64,000 bases of DNA. Source: Octopus bimaculoides (taxonomy: Eukaryota). This document shows positions 49,701 through 61,818 of the stretch, one piece after another. The notes beneath the pieces are model-generated. The model did not search any database. It was not told the origin of the DNA and was given only the letters and a program-made list of their open reading frames with translations. A program made the translations under genes and the position numbers. The stretch covers positions 64,804,343 to 64,868,342 of the forward strand of contig NC_068987.1 in assembly GCF_001194135.2 (NCBI RefSeq), in the 5' to 3' direction. Positions within the stretch are counted from its first letter, which is position 1; each line of letters opens with the position of its first letter.

Positions 49701-51693
49701 TGCCTGGGGTCTTGGTAAAGGAGCAGAACATGGTACAGCACTTCTTAAGAAAGGGTCTGAACAAATTATTTCTCACATAAGTCCAGCTCAGCGCAAAGCT
49801 GTTGATCCAACTGCTCAAAAAAGTGCTGAGTATTTAAGATATGCAACACATTCTGCTGTGAGAGTTAGTGGCTATGCCTGTAAGTAATTGTTTTTTTTTT
49901 TGGTCTTTCCTCCTCTTTCAACTTTTTCATTCTACTCTTGTTTACCTTATATTTCATACTTCACATTTTACCATAACAAGGTAAGTTGTTATGTTTACTG
50001 TGTAAGTTAAACAGAACTGTTATACTGAAGTGTGGGATCATATTTTTTGGGAGAGGCCACTCTAGATATGACATACTTTTGCCTGTTCTGTTGTGAATAA
50101 CGAAAACATCTGGTATTCTGGTTGCTCTTGTTTAAGTGGAAATCATTCTAAACTTAGTAATCCTGTATTTATTGTTGCTATATAAGTAGTTTGGTCTCCA
50201 ATTTAACCAACAAAGTTGCTTAATGAGGGAGATTTTGCTGTTGTCTTCAACTGGTCAAACAACATTATAGACAGCAAGTTAATGAAGGAGCCTCTGTGTA
50301 GTTGTTTGACCTATTAGAAATAGCAGCTAAATCTCTACAAAATTACATTTAGCTGACTTCAAAATAAAGATATACTAAAAAATGGGTTGTAGTCGGCATT
50401 ATTTTTTTATTTTGTTAGTTCTATTAGGGTTGATCTGGGCATTGAACAGAAGCAATTTGATAGAAGCTCCCTTATTGGTTTATGAAAAACAATGATCTTT
50501 GTTTCAAACATAGACAGAAGTTTTTAACATTTCCCAAAATCCCTTAATCTTGTCACAATATAAGGGTTGCCAATTTAGCATATTTTATGCTAGATCTAGC
50601 ATTTTTTTTCAGCATTTATCAGAAAATTTTTGAATCTAGCATTTAGCAGGGAAAATAGCAGGTTTAAAATTTTATTTAGCATATTTTTAGCATTTTTCTT
50701 GGATCATGACATTTCCACAATAGTTTCCCTTTTTTTCTTCTTTTTCCTCCTTTTCCACTTTCGTTAATGTATCTTATAGTCAAATTTTAGTACTATCGGC
50801 TATTATTGAATTTTTCTTTCACTTTCTTGAAACTTCAAATAAAAGTTTATCAAAAGGAAGTTTATCAAGTTATGAACTTATATTTTTATTAATCATTCGA
50901 TTTATTTTCTTGCTTCCCACTACATTATAATGAGCAAAGATAAAACAAAGTTGTACTGGCAAAAATTCTGAAAGGAATGACTTGTGATGCCAGCGTTTAC
51001 TAAGTGGTTGTGTGAAGTACCTAGTGACCAATCTAAAACACATTGCAGATATTGTAGATGTAATATGTTGGCAAAATATTCTCTTTCAGTAAGCCACTTT
51101 GAAGCAAAGAAACATAAGGCATCAACTCCACAGCAAATGATTCCTCATACCAATCTTATTAAAACCAAAAATGATAAGACATCTATGCTTGAAGCAGATT
51201 TAGTTTATTTGTTGCCACTCATCATTTAATAGCTGTGATCACTTAATAAAGTTATGTAAGAATTATATGTCTGATAATGATATTATATCCAAAGTGATGT
51301 TGCATTGTGCAAAATGTGCAAATATTGTGAGAAATGTTCTAGCTCCATATTTTGATATAGAGATTTAATTTCTGATACAGGAGATAGAAAATTTAGCCTG
51401 TTATTAGATGAATTCAATGATATATCAAATTCCAGTTTAATATCTTCTATCTTTTACTTGCTTCAGTCATTAGGCAGTGGCCATGCTGGGGCACAACCTT
51501 GAAAATTTTTTAGTTGAATCTATCAACCCCTGTACTTATTTTTTTAAAGCCTGGTACTTATTCTAGCAGTCTCTTTTGCTGAACTGCTAAGTTATAAGAA
51601 TGTAAACATACTAGCACCAGTTGTCAAGTGATGGCGATGGTGGAGACAAGCACACACACATGTGCGAGCGTGCACACACACATGTGCGAGCGT

Positions 51694-51728
<35 letters not shown>

Positions 51729-53143
51729 CACACATACACACGAGTTTCTTTCAGTTTCTGTCTACCAAATCTACTCACATGTCTTTGGTCAGTCCAAGGC
51801 TATAGTAGAAGACACTTGCCCAAAGTTCCACCATTGGGACTGAACCCAGGACCATGTGGTTGGGAAGCAAGCTTCTTACCACACACCCAATCCTGTGCTT
51901 ATGTTAAAGTTATTTTACTAAATTTCTTTATTTACAAACTTAGCTGAAACAAAGCCCATGCATTTCAATAGAAATATGGTAGCAAAAGGGTTAACAGCAT
52001 CCTCAGTTTTTCAAATACCTTAACCTTAGATTCACACCTGCCCAACTATACCCCAATTATTACCTAATTCAACTGATTATTTTTCAGTTAATAAAAATGT
52101 TGTTAAATATTTCATTTAGTGAGCAAACTTGGTGATGCTACAATGGCTTTTGGTCGTATTCTTGCACCACACTTGAAAGAACAAGGGAAAAAGATTTTAC
52201 CGAAGTCTATTACAAACAGCTCAGAGGCAGCTTCTAATTTTGATGCTGCTATTGAAATTGCTTCAAGTGGTATAAAAGGTAGGTGTACAAATTTTGACAT
52301 GTTTCTCTTTCATAAACGTAACACATTATGGTTTTATCTTTTACTTGTTTCAGTCATTTGACTGTGGCTATGCTGGGACACTACTTTGAAGGGTTTTAGC
52401 TGAACAAATCAACCCCAGGTTTTCTTTTTCTTTTTAAGCTCGGCCCCTTTTTGCTGATCTGCTTAATTATGGGGATGCAAACATACCAGCACTGGTCGTC
52501 AAGTGGTGGAGGGGAGGAACACAGGCATAAAAACACATGCACACAGATGTATATATCTCTTTTAGTTGTTTCAGTTACTTGACTGCGGTCATGCTGGAGC
52601 ACCACCTTTAGTCAAGAAAATTGATCCCGGGACTTATTCTTTGTAAGCCTAGTACTTATTCTATCGCACTCTTTTGCCGAACCGCTAAGTGAAGGGGACA
52701 TAAACACACCAGCATCAGTTGTCAAGCAATGCTAGGGGGACAAACACAGACACACTAACATACACACACACACACACACATATATATTTACATATATATG
52801 ATGGGCTTCTTTAAGTTTCCATCTGCTAAATCCACTCACAAGGCTTTGGTTAGCCTGAGGCTATAGTAGAAGACACTTGTCCAAGATGCCACACAGTGGG
52901 ACTGAACCAGGAACCATGTGGTTGATAAGCAAGCTACTTACCACACAGCCACTCCTATATATCATCATCATCATCATCATCATCATCGTTTAACGTCCGC
53001 TTTCCATGCTAGCATGGGTTGGACGATTTGACTGAGGACTGGTGAAACCGGATGGCAACACCAAGCTCCAATCTGATTTGGCAGAGTTTCTACAGCTGGA
53101 TGCCCTTCCTAACGCCAACCACTCAGAGAGTGTATATATATAT

Positions 53144-53203
<60 letters not shown>

Positions 53204-53471
53204 NNNNNNNNNNNNNNNNNNNNNNNNNNNNNNNNNNNNNNNNNNNNNNNNNNNNNNNNNNNNNNNNNNNNNNNNNNNNNNNNNNNNNNNNNNNNNNNNN
53301 NNNNNNNNNNNNNNNNNNNNNNNNNNNNNNNNNNNNNNNNNNNNNNNNNNNNNNNNNNNNNNNNNNNNNNNNNNNNNNNNNNNNNNNNNNNNNNNNNNNN
53401 NNNNNNNNNNNNNNNNNNNNNNNNNNNNNNNNNNNNNNNNNNNNNNNNNNNNNNNNNNNNNNNNNNNNNNN

Positions 53472-53511
<40 letters not shown>

Positions 53512-56500
53512 ATACACATGACAGGCTTATTTCAGTTTCCATCTACCAAATCCACTCACAAGGCTTTGGTCCACTCAAAGCTATAGTAGTGAGACTGAAC
53601 CTGGAACTATGTGGTTGGTAAGCAAGCTTCTTACCACACAGCCACGCCTGTGTCTTTAGCAAATTTTGTTTTTAATATTTAATATGAAGCAAAATGTATG
53701 TTTGATTAATAAATAAGTTAGATTACTGATTACATGGTAATCAGTACAGATTTTATCAAGGTTTATCTTAGTTTTCCTTAACTAAAAACAAGTTCTATTC
53801 TTTTCTTTCTCACTTGAGTTATTAATCAGTTACTCAATTGAGTCATTAATGAATTATTTTAGCAAAATACATCCTAATAATTTAAATTTTCTATACTATA
53901 ACTCAGTACTGCAAGCAATCTATAATCATTGAAGGTTTCACTGGTTTGTAGTATTGAATTCAAGTTCTTCTATAAGTTGATCTTGGTTAGAGTTTCCAAC
54001 CTTGAGGTTTCAATTGTTTGCCTAACTGAACTTCTTTGCTTATTGAATTAGCATATAATTGGTTGAGTATTTTATAGATGTGTACCTTTTAATATAATTC
54101 TCGGGTGCAATCAGCATGTGCCATTTTAATTACAGGTACAATCCATTTGGCAAGGTTCTACATGGTTACTCACTACCCAGGTCAACTTGAGGCTGTAGAA
54201 AATAGCACTTGCTTAAGTGTTCAGCAGTGGGATTGAACATGAGACCTTGTGTTTACAAAATGAACTTCTTAACCCATTCAGCTATAGTATGCCTGCCAAG
54301 TACTCTTATAGGCTTATATATATATAGTAATAACAAATCACTTCACGACTCAGGAGTCCAGAGTTTTGTTGTTGAACCTGGGTTCTGGGTGTTATTATTG
54401 CTGTTACATTGTCTTGTTTGCAACAGTTCGTCACATTATGGTCATCACATATTATGGTCATCACAAGCAATGACAGTCCTTTTATTTGTTCTGGAATTTC
54501 ACTCTTCACTAGAATTTTCTTTTCATTGCATTTTTCTGGCATACACTTCAACATAATATATAAATGTAAACATTCAAACGTCATCACTATCTTTCCAAAT
54601 CCTACTGCATTTCACATGGAATTTTCAGTCCTCTAATGTCATCTTGGTGTATAAGTCAACCTATCTTTATTTGGATCTGAAAAATGTGGATGGTACAACT
54701 TCCAAGAGTTTCTCTGTTTCTTTCTCTGTACTTTTGTTCCTCTTTTCCCCATCTTTCTTTCTCTCAACCAGATTACTGTTCTTGATTCCCTTCTCTTGAT
54801 TATTTCAGGTTTTAGTACTGTCTACATAGGCTTAGAGGCTGCAGCTAAATTCCTTGCCAGAGGCCTTGCTAATGAGACTGTCCACATTGTAAATCACAAG
54901 TAAGTTCAATATTGATTTTACAATATGTGTCACAATTTTGTATTCTTATTATTTGACAATGTATAAATATCACAATACCTGTTACCTTAAGGCAAGAAGG
55001 TAAATATTTTTTTTATAACGGTGTAATCTTATAATGTCTGGAGCACAATTTTCAAGGGTTTAGTGAAATATTCCGACTCCAGTATTTATTTTTTAAGTTC
55101 ACTACTTATTCTGACAGTCTCTTTTACTGAACTGCTAAGTTATGAGAACCTAAACAAACCAACACTGGTTGTTAAGCAATGGAGAATGGAAATGTGTTTA
55201 CAGATACACACACATACACTCATATACAATGGGCTTCTGCACAGTTTCCATCTAACAAGTTCACTCACAAAGCATTGGTCAACCCACTATGGTAGAAGAC
55301 ACTTGCCCAAGGTTCTGTGCAGTTGGATTGAACCCGATATCATGTGGTTACAAAACAGGCTTCTTAACTACACAGCAATGTCTGTGCCTATCAGTATTTA
55401 TTTTTGCTAGCTTCAGTCATTGGACTGTTGCCATGCTGGGGTATTACCTTCAATAGTTCTGTCGACCCCAATATTTATTTCCCATCTGCTACATATATTA
55501 ACAATTTCTATGTATTGAGCTGCAAAGTTACAAATCTTACATGAAGGGATGCAGCTCAACTTACTGGTTTATACCAGTATACATAAACCCAAACACACAC
55601 ACACACACTGCACCAATGCACCACCACTACCACCATCATCATCCATTTGTTTTTCCATACTTCTGTGAGTTGAATGGGACTTCTCCACTCTTTCCACTTA
55701 TTATAGTCCCTTGTCATGTCCTTCTTGAGGTTGGGCATCTCAAGAATAAGTTTCACCACTTCTTCCATGTCTTTCTCAACCTTCCTCTTCTGCAGATTCC
55801 TTCAAACTTGGTTTATTTGGCATTTCTTTACCCAAAAGTCTCCCTTCATACATGTCACATGTCCAAAACAGCACACTCTTCCCTTGCATTCTATTACTGA
55901 TTCCCTTTATGCTCTGCTTTTCTTTCAGCTTATTTGTACTCCATCATTCATACACATTAACGTTGCACATCCAGAGGTGCATGCTTGTTCTGTTTCTTTC
56001 CAGCCTTTCCTCTTTCTCTGCATTCAATGCCCATGTCTCGCTATCCTACAAAATATCACTTTTTGTACTCAGACATCATACAGTCTTTCATTCATTTAGG
56101 GTGAGGCTCCTTTGTTAGATCACAATGAAAATAATGAAAGTAGTACATTTTAATATATCATACTTGGGCCTGGACAGCAGCTTGGCAACAATATCTCATC
56201 ATCATCATCATCATCGTCTTAACGTCCGCTTTCCATGCTAGCATGGGTTGGACGATTTGACTGAGGACTGGTGAAACCAGATGGCTACACCAGGCTCCAA
56301 TCTGATTTGGCAGAATTTCTACAGCTGGATGCCTTTCCTAACGCCAACCACTCTGAGAGTNNNNNNNNNNTCTACAGCTGGATGCCTTTCCTAACGCCAA
56401 CCACTCTGAGAGTGTAGTGGGTGCTTTTACGTGTCACCCGCATGAAGGCTAGTCAGGCGGTACTGGCAACGGCCACGCTCAAAATGGTGTATTTTATGTG

Positions 56501-57193
56501 CCACCCGCACAAGAGCCAGTCCAGGGGCCTGAATATAAATCGAAAACTCAAGTCACTTTTCCATGATTTTGTAGATATTAAGAGTATTGCATATCTTGAT
56601 AAGATTATTGGAAATATGGAAGCATGGCATATGTTGTGTGGAGAGTCCTTCAGTTTGAAAGTTGTTCCTATAAAACAAAGGGAGGGATTATGTGCTAGTT
56701 AAGAAGTATATAAATTGTTGTTGTGGACCCTCTACCTCCCCCCAAAAAACAATGCATTTGAATGAAATTACTTTGTGATATTTGTTCCAACTGAGTTGCT
56801 CAAATGCTCTTGTCGTAACCATTGACACTATTGTTCACAAAAAATTACAAAATAAAACAAAGTGTCACCTGATTGCTTTGTTAAATATTAAGAGTTTTAT
56901 CAAAACTAATTGTGTTTTAATTTTGTGTTTCTTTTTATTCTTTGACCAGGTATGGAACTGATATGGCAAAAACAACAGAGAACACGTTATATTCAGTTGG
57001 CAACGTTGCTATGACAACTAATAATGTAACTAACTTTGGTGCAAAAGCCCTTGCCAAAAGAGTGGTGAAGGATGCTGGTAAAGCTGTCATCATAGAACAC
57101 AGTGACAAACCCTTGAGCAATCCAGGGTCAGACACTGATAGTGATGCTAAGTCACCATCCCATGAGACAACCAAAAAGTCACCACTTGAGTAG
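43210..57193 (+). CDS. SPART: Spartin (SPG20 orthologue), complete spliced CDS join(43210..43945,48336..48536,49688..49879,52120..52278,54809..54899,56950..57193), 1623 nt, 540 aa
   Basis: Six exons with GT-AG boundaries join in one frame (phases 1,1,1,1,2), and 736+201+192+159+91+244=1623 nt ends in TAG. The translation shows an MIT-like N-terminus, PPSY, the GEWLYPLLPGISPVL..GAYIFPD block, and senescence-domain motifs WGLGKGAE, LAPHLKEQGKK, GFSTVYIGLE, HKYG matching recalled human spartin. Confidence 0.95.
47419..47428. promoter_or_regulatory. Perfect CLEAR/E-box palindrome GTCACGTGAC in spartin coding intron 1
   Basis: Exact 10-mer read at 47419-47428; function not demonstrated. Confidence 0.3.
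48336..48536 (+). CDS. SPART: Spartin coding exon 2
   Basis: tttttttag|GC..; translates GCSVGLILPKSLSPEEKKEFEDLLSNL...TSTKVAKGIEK (human GCFVGVVLSSELPEDDRELFEDLL); donor AAG|gtttgg. Confidence 0.9.
49140..49645 (-). mobile_element. Truncated Ty3/Gypsy element: 5' LTR (49645-49341), PBS (49338-49326), gag start (49273)
   Basis: The LTR begins TGTTGTG and ends CACAATA (inverted ends, 6/7), with internal TATAAATA. After a 2-nt spacer comes TGGCGATTAGGGT, resembling the tRNA-Ser(GCT)-type PBS TGGCGACGAGGAT. Then MMEDLLASIIQLQKQQEQQQ.., a Q-rich gag-like start. Confidence 0.7.
49688..49879 (+). CDS. SPART: Spartin coding exon 3
   Basis: ctttcag|TT..; VAELIAWGLGKGAEHGTALLKKGSEQIISHI...ATHSAVRVSGYA; donor gtaagt at 49880. 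Confidence 0.93.
50562..51430 (+). mobile_element. hAT-superfamily transposon 5' end with degenerate transposase N-terminus
   Basis: Terminus-like AGGGTTGCCA at ~50563; ATG at 50930 MSKDKTKLYWQKF; Zn-finger-like WL..VP.D.SK.HCRYC..H...KKH; then CDHLIKLCK..CAKCANIVRNVLAPYF..KFSLLLDEFNDIS; interrupted by a SINE. Confidence 0.75.
52120..52278 (+). CDS. SPART: Spartin coding exon 4
   Basis: catttag|TG..; LSKLGDATMAFGRILAPHLKEQGKKILPKS...ASSGIK; donor gtaggt at 52279. Confidence 0.93.
54809..54899 (+). CDS. SPART: Spartin coding exon 5
   Basis: atttcag|GT..; GFSTVYIGLEAAAKFLARGLANETVHIVNHK (human GFSTVWQGLECAAK..AETVQTVRYK); donor gtaagt at 54900. Confidence 0.93.
56950..57193 (+). CDS. SPART: Spartin coding exon 6 (terminal)
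   Basis: ttttgaccag|G; YGTDMAKTTENTLYSVGNVAMTTNNVTNFGAKALAKRVVKDAGKAVI...SPLE*; stop TAG ends at 57193. Confidence 0.93.
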
Positions 57194-57802
57194 TGCTTGT
57201 TTAGAATATTCAATTGTTTAATAAGTTTTGAGAGAGAGAGAGAGAGAGTGAGAACTGTATATAACTAAGCACACCCGGACACACTAACACTCTCTCTCTA
57301 TTTGATTCCTTTCTTTTTTTCTTTCTGTTTATCTATCTTTCTATTTATTTTACAGGCCTCGTCTATTGACTGACACTAACACACAAATGTGCTTCCATAT
57401 ACAAAGCAGTCACCCTTTAATGCAAACACATGTACACATACATACACACATATTCAATTACTGAGATTTCTGTATGTTTTTGGTTCTTAAATTGTACCAA
57501 TTACTGGAGCTTCTATATGGCTGTTTGACTTGTTCAAAATAGCAGCCAAATCTCCCACAAATTGGACCCTATTGTCTTTAAAAATATAATAAAAAGGAAA
57601 GGACACATTAGATAATGTAGTCCTAAACACATCAGGATGACATCATGGTTAGAATGCCTAGAATCATAATTATGCTTGATCGGGGCTTACCCAGGGCTAA
57701 AACATCAACTGGTTTCAAAGGTTCTTCTGGTGTTTTTAAAGGATCATGTTGTCATTATAATCACACACCTGTTAATATATTGGACATGCATATATATATA
57801 TA

Positions 57803-57859
<57 letters not shown>

Positions 57860-58154
57860 GCTCCAACATTGCACTCGCTGTGATGGTGGAAACTAACTAG
57901 AAATAAAAAGGTGTTTTCTATGTGTATATTTGGGTGTGTATGTGCATGTATGTATTTATGAATGTATATCTGGGTATGTATAAAGTACCTAACTCTATTT
58001 TATTCTTTAAATTTCCACAATAAAGAATTAGCCAGCCTCAGTCTTGGAAGCAATTCTCTTTGTTGGAATTTAGACTACGGGATTGCACCTTAAAAGATGT
58101 ATAAGCCAGTTTGTTGACTGGTTGTATCCTGTTGCATTCTGCCTAACTAATATA

Positions 58155-58371
58155 CAAGGGGGTGCTGAAAAGTTCCTGGCTTTAAGGGTATCACAAAAGG
58201 TTTGGTTGCTGGCCCAACCTTCTGAGTTCTTTTACAGGGCTTAGAAAAACTGAAGAACCATTGCAATAAGTGTGTGAATCTGAGAGAGGAATATGTTGAA
58301 TAAAATCATAATTAGCTAATCCTCCTGTATTTTCTTTTACCCAAAGCTAGGAACTTTTCAGCACCCTCTCG
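58155..58371 (+). mobile_element. 217-bp mariner-derived MITE (internal deletion derivative)
   Basis: TA-flanked TIRs caagggggtgctgaaaagttcctggcttt / aaagctaggaacttttcagcaccctctcg. The internal piece gives frameshifted LEKLKNHCNKCVNLR-EYVE* like a mariner transposase C-terminus. Confidence 0.8.
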
Positions 58372-59634
58372 TATATTGTTACTTTCACTACAGTGTTACA
58401 TTTAAGTGGTTAGCACTAGGAATCATCATTCTGTACCTTCTTTACCAAACAAATTTATAGTAGGACCAACACACCACCTATTTTAACACTATCACTATCA
58501 CCACTTAGCCCTTGGGTACTTTTAGCAGAGTTTATTCCCTACCAAGCATTTAGATAAAACCCTATGTTAATCATTCAGATAAAGTTGCTGGTTATTGACC
58601 AGACCAGTTTCATCAATCTTGAAGAACGTTCAAAGGTCTAGTCTCTGCTCAGCTTCCCTGGCTAATTTTATATGTATGTATGTATATGTATTTGGTTGGT
58701 ATTTTTTGAAAATGCTGCTTGGTTTAAAAACCACCTCCTGGTGGACCCTGGGTGCCTTTACTGGAGTTCATTCTGCTATTGTCAACATTCAAACTCTTCC
58801 ATTGGTTTTTTTCTTCCCTACCCCCACTATTTCTCCTTCCATAAATAATCAGGCTAGCTATCAGCCACCTCAATGTCACCAGTCATGGAAGGTGCCTGAA
58901 AAGAAATGAGTTTGATTTCTTTGCTATAGTTTCTTAAAATAAGTTAATCAATGATATGCAAATATTTCAAATTTGTCAATGTTTAAAAAGAAACAACAGA
59001 AAAAAAACGCTAAAATCTTTATGATTTAATCTTTTTCATTTTTTGCTTGGTGTTTTTTTATTATTATTTTACTTTCATTTATATATTTATTTTTCTCTGA
59101 AGACTTTTCACTTTTATCAATTTGAAATGTCAAACTGTAAGATCTAAAACAAAAAACAAAAATTGCAAAATTCATAACCAAAGAAAAAGCTAGAAATTCA
59201 AAAGAAGTAAAGAAATATAAATAAATAACTATTTGGGTATATTTAGTGTGAAAATAGCCCCAATTTTTGGAAAATGGTTAGGAATATAACCTAAAAAAAA
59301 ATCATCAGTTGGTAAGATCTTTTCCTGTAGAAAATATTTTTGAAGGAATTGACTAATCAACATTTGGGTATTACAAGAATTCTCAGTTAGAAAGGAAAAT
59401 AACTTCTATATCATTACACTACTTTCATTATTTCTAAATTTCTAATTAAGGAGCTTTTTTTGATTAAGGAGTGGAGGAAAGGGATCCATTTTACAGTCAA
59501 GAAACTCTTATGAAACCATATCAACCATTCTTTATTTTGTCTGATCTAGCTTGATCTTGTTTGTCAGGGAGCTGTTATCCTATATTCCACATGATATGAA
59601 TGCATTTATATTTATATGTGTGTGTGTGTATATA

Positions 59635-59768
59635 TGTGTGTGTGTGTGTGTGTACTATGGTCCTGTGTAGTTGAATCTGACTTCTGGTGCCTCCGTGGAA
59701 CATCCATGTCCACATGGCTTTCCTGATACATTACGGAAGTAGTTTATTATTACCCTCTTCTGGAGTTC
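59635..59768 (-). mobile_element. RTE-clade (BovB/Sauria-SINE-like) 3' UTR end with (CA)n tail
   Basis: The minus strand gaagagggtaataataaactacttccgtaat..ggcaccagaagtcagattcaact..(ca)n resembles recalled RTE tails gaaggcaatggcaaaccacttctg..gtcgccataagtcaga. Confidence 0.4.
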
Positions 59769-60133
59769 AATATATATTTCCCAGATGGCTATACACATAC
59801 ACACATGCAGATACACAGACACAGTATAATTTGCGATACACACTCACGCACACACTTGTGCACACCTCCACTATAATTTGAGAAACTAGATTTTTCACAG
59901 AGTGCTTTGCATGCTCTATGCAGAAGTAGTGTTCTTCCTAGTGCTCTATAGCAAATTAATTAATATCATCCAGAAGTCTGATGATTGATGTTGAGTTTTT
60001 AAGACTGGATATTATGAAACTTTAAGTGACCAGATGATTTGAGAAGTTTCTGTAATACACAAATAGGTGTGTATGTGTATATATTTGTTTGTTTGTATGT
60101 ATGTATGTGTGTGTGTGTATGTGTGTGTGTATG

Positions 60134-60164
<31 letters not shown>

Positions 60165-61775
60165 GCACATACATACTGTTTTAATTGTAATTTGTTATAT
60201 ATTAATATTATTGATTTGTTACAAATGAATTTTGAAATTTCCTGAAAATGAAATTTATTTGCATTTGTTGAAAATAATTTTTGCGGGTAGGGAATGGAAA
60301 GAGTGGGCTGGTTACTTTTTCATTGATATTTTTACTATCATTATTGATATTGTTGTTATCAGTGTCATCTTAAACTGTGACTTTTATATATATAATCTAT
60401 AATTGAAAGGTGAGTGAAATAATATTGACGATTTGATCCAATGATCAGAACTGATTGCTTGACCTGGTAACTTGATCTTGTGATGTGACCTAACCTGATG
60501 TGATGATTTTCACATAAGGAATTGGTCTCATGTTGCTTTTACTTCCTAGAGACAGTTTGTGGTGGAAAATGTTTGATAGAGTACCAACCTACTATTCAAA
60601 AGAATTGTTGAATGTTTGTATTCTATCATTTCAATTCTGTTGTTTTGTGTCCTTGGTAAAGACATTCAACAATAAATAGGACTGTTCTACTTTACTGTAA
60701 GTAGATGGCATTATGAGGTGTAGTTTATGGCTGTCAGAAAATAAGCAAGATCATTATAAAAGCTATGAGCCTTTTGTTAATTTGCAGTACTAAGTTCAGC
60801 TCATCCTCATGTTGCAAAATATGTGAGAGCCTGGTATTCCAATACATAAGGAGAAAAAAAAAGGCAGAATGTATCTCAACTTGTTGACAATTTAAAAACT
60901 AGTGATAACCACTGGCATACTGTGACAGTTTTTGGTAAAATGACAGTGAATAAAAGGAAATATGTGATTATATATTTCCATACATATAAATGTGTGTGTG
61001 TGTGTATGTATGTGTGTGTGTGTGTGTGTGTGCACGCATGAGGGATTTCATGGTTTCCATGATTAGTATTTCAGTTGTTCAATCAACAAAACTACCTGTT
61101 CATTGAATTTACACTTTAAGTGACTGAGTATTCCACAGACAGTTGTACTTTTAACATAATCCTCATGCAGAATCAGTGTGAGAACTGTGACAAGGCCGGA
61201 CCTTTTGAATTACAGATACAGTCTATCTGATGAGCTCTACTTCACTGTCACCAACGAGACTTGCTGGACAGTGGGATCAAGCCTGAGATCTCAATGATTG
61301 TGAATCGAAATTCTTAAGTAATTGGTCATGCACAGCATGGCCATATTGCAATGACTGAAACTAATAAAAGACATATATATAAATATATATGTCTTTTATT
61401 AGTATATATATGTGTGTGTGTGTGTGTGTGTACATATATATAGGAGGAATAAAATACTTTTGGCAGTGTACAGAATAGCACATTGGTAAAAAAATAACGA
61501 GGTTAGTCAGAAGATATGAAGGTATTGTTCCTTAGTTTATTTATATACAAATGCAGAAAGTTTCCAAATTTTCAAGGAAATGTAAAGGAATGAAATGAAA
61601 TAAAGTAAAATATATTATTACATTTAATAGTAGAGGCACAAATATTCTCAATTGTTAAATGAAAAAAATTGTTAAATGTAATAATGTAAACATTTTGTTT
61701 CATTTCATTTTCTTTGAAAATTTGAATACGTTTTTGCACTTGTATGTTGTGTGTGTGTGTGTGTGTGTATATTTG

Positions 61776-61818
<43 letters not shown>

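Noticed and set aside
56318-56413. Apparent 43-bp tandem duplication around a 10-N gap
   Set aside because: Same scaffolding-overlap artefact, inside a family-A SINE.
59765-59799. Candidate minus-strand exon (A)IWEIYIELQKR
   Set aside because: It overlaps the edge of an RTE-like tail and a (CA)-rich tract, so a repeat origin is more likely.
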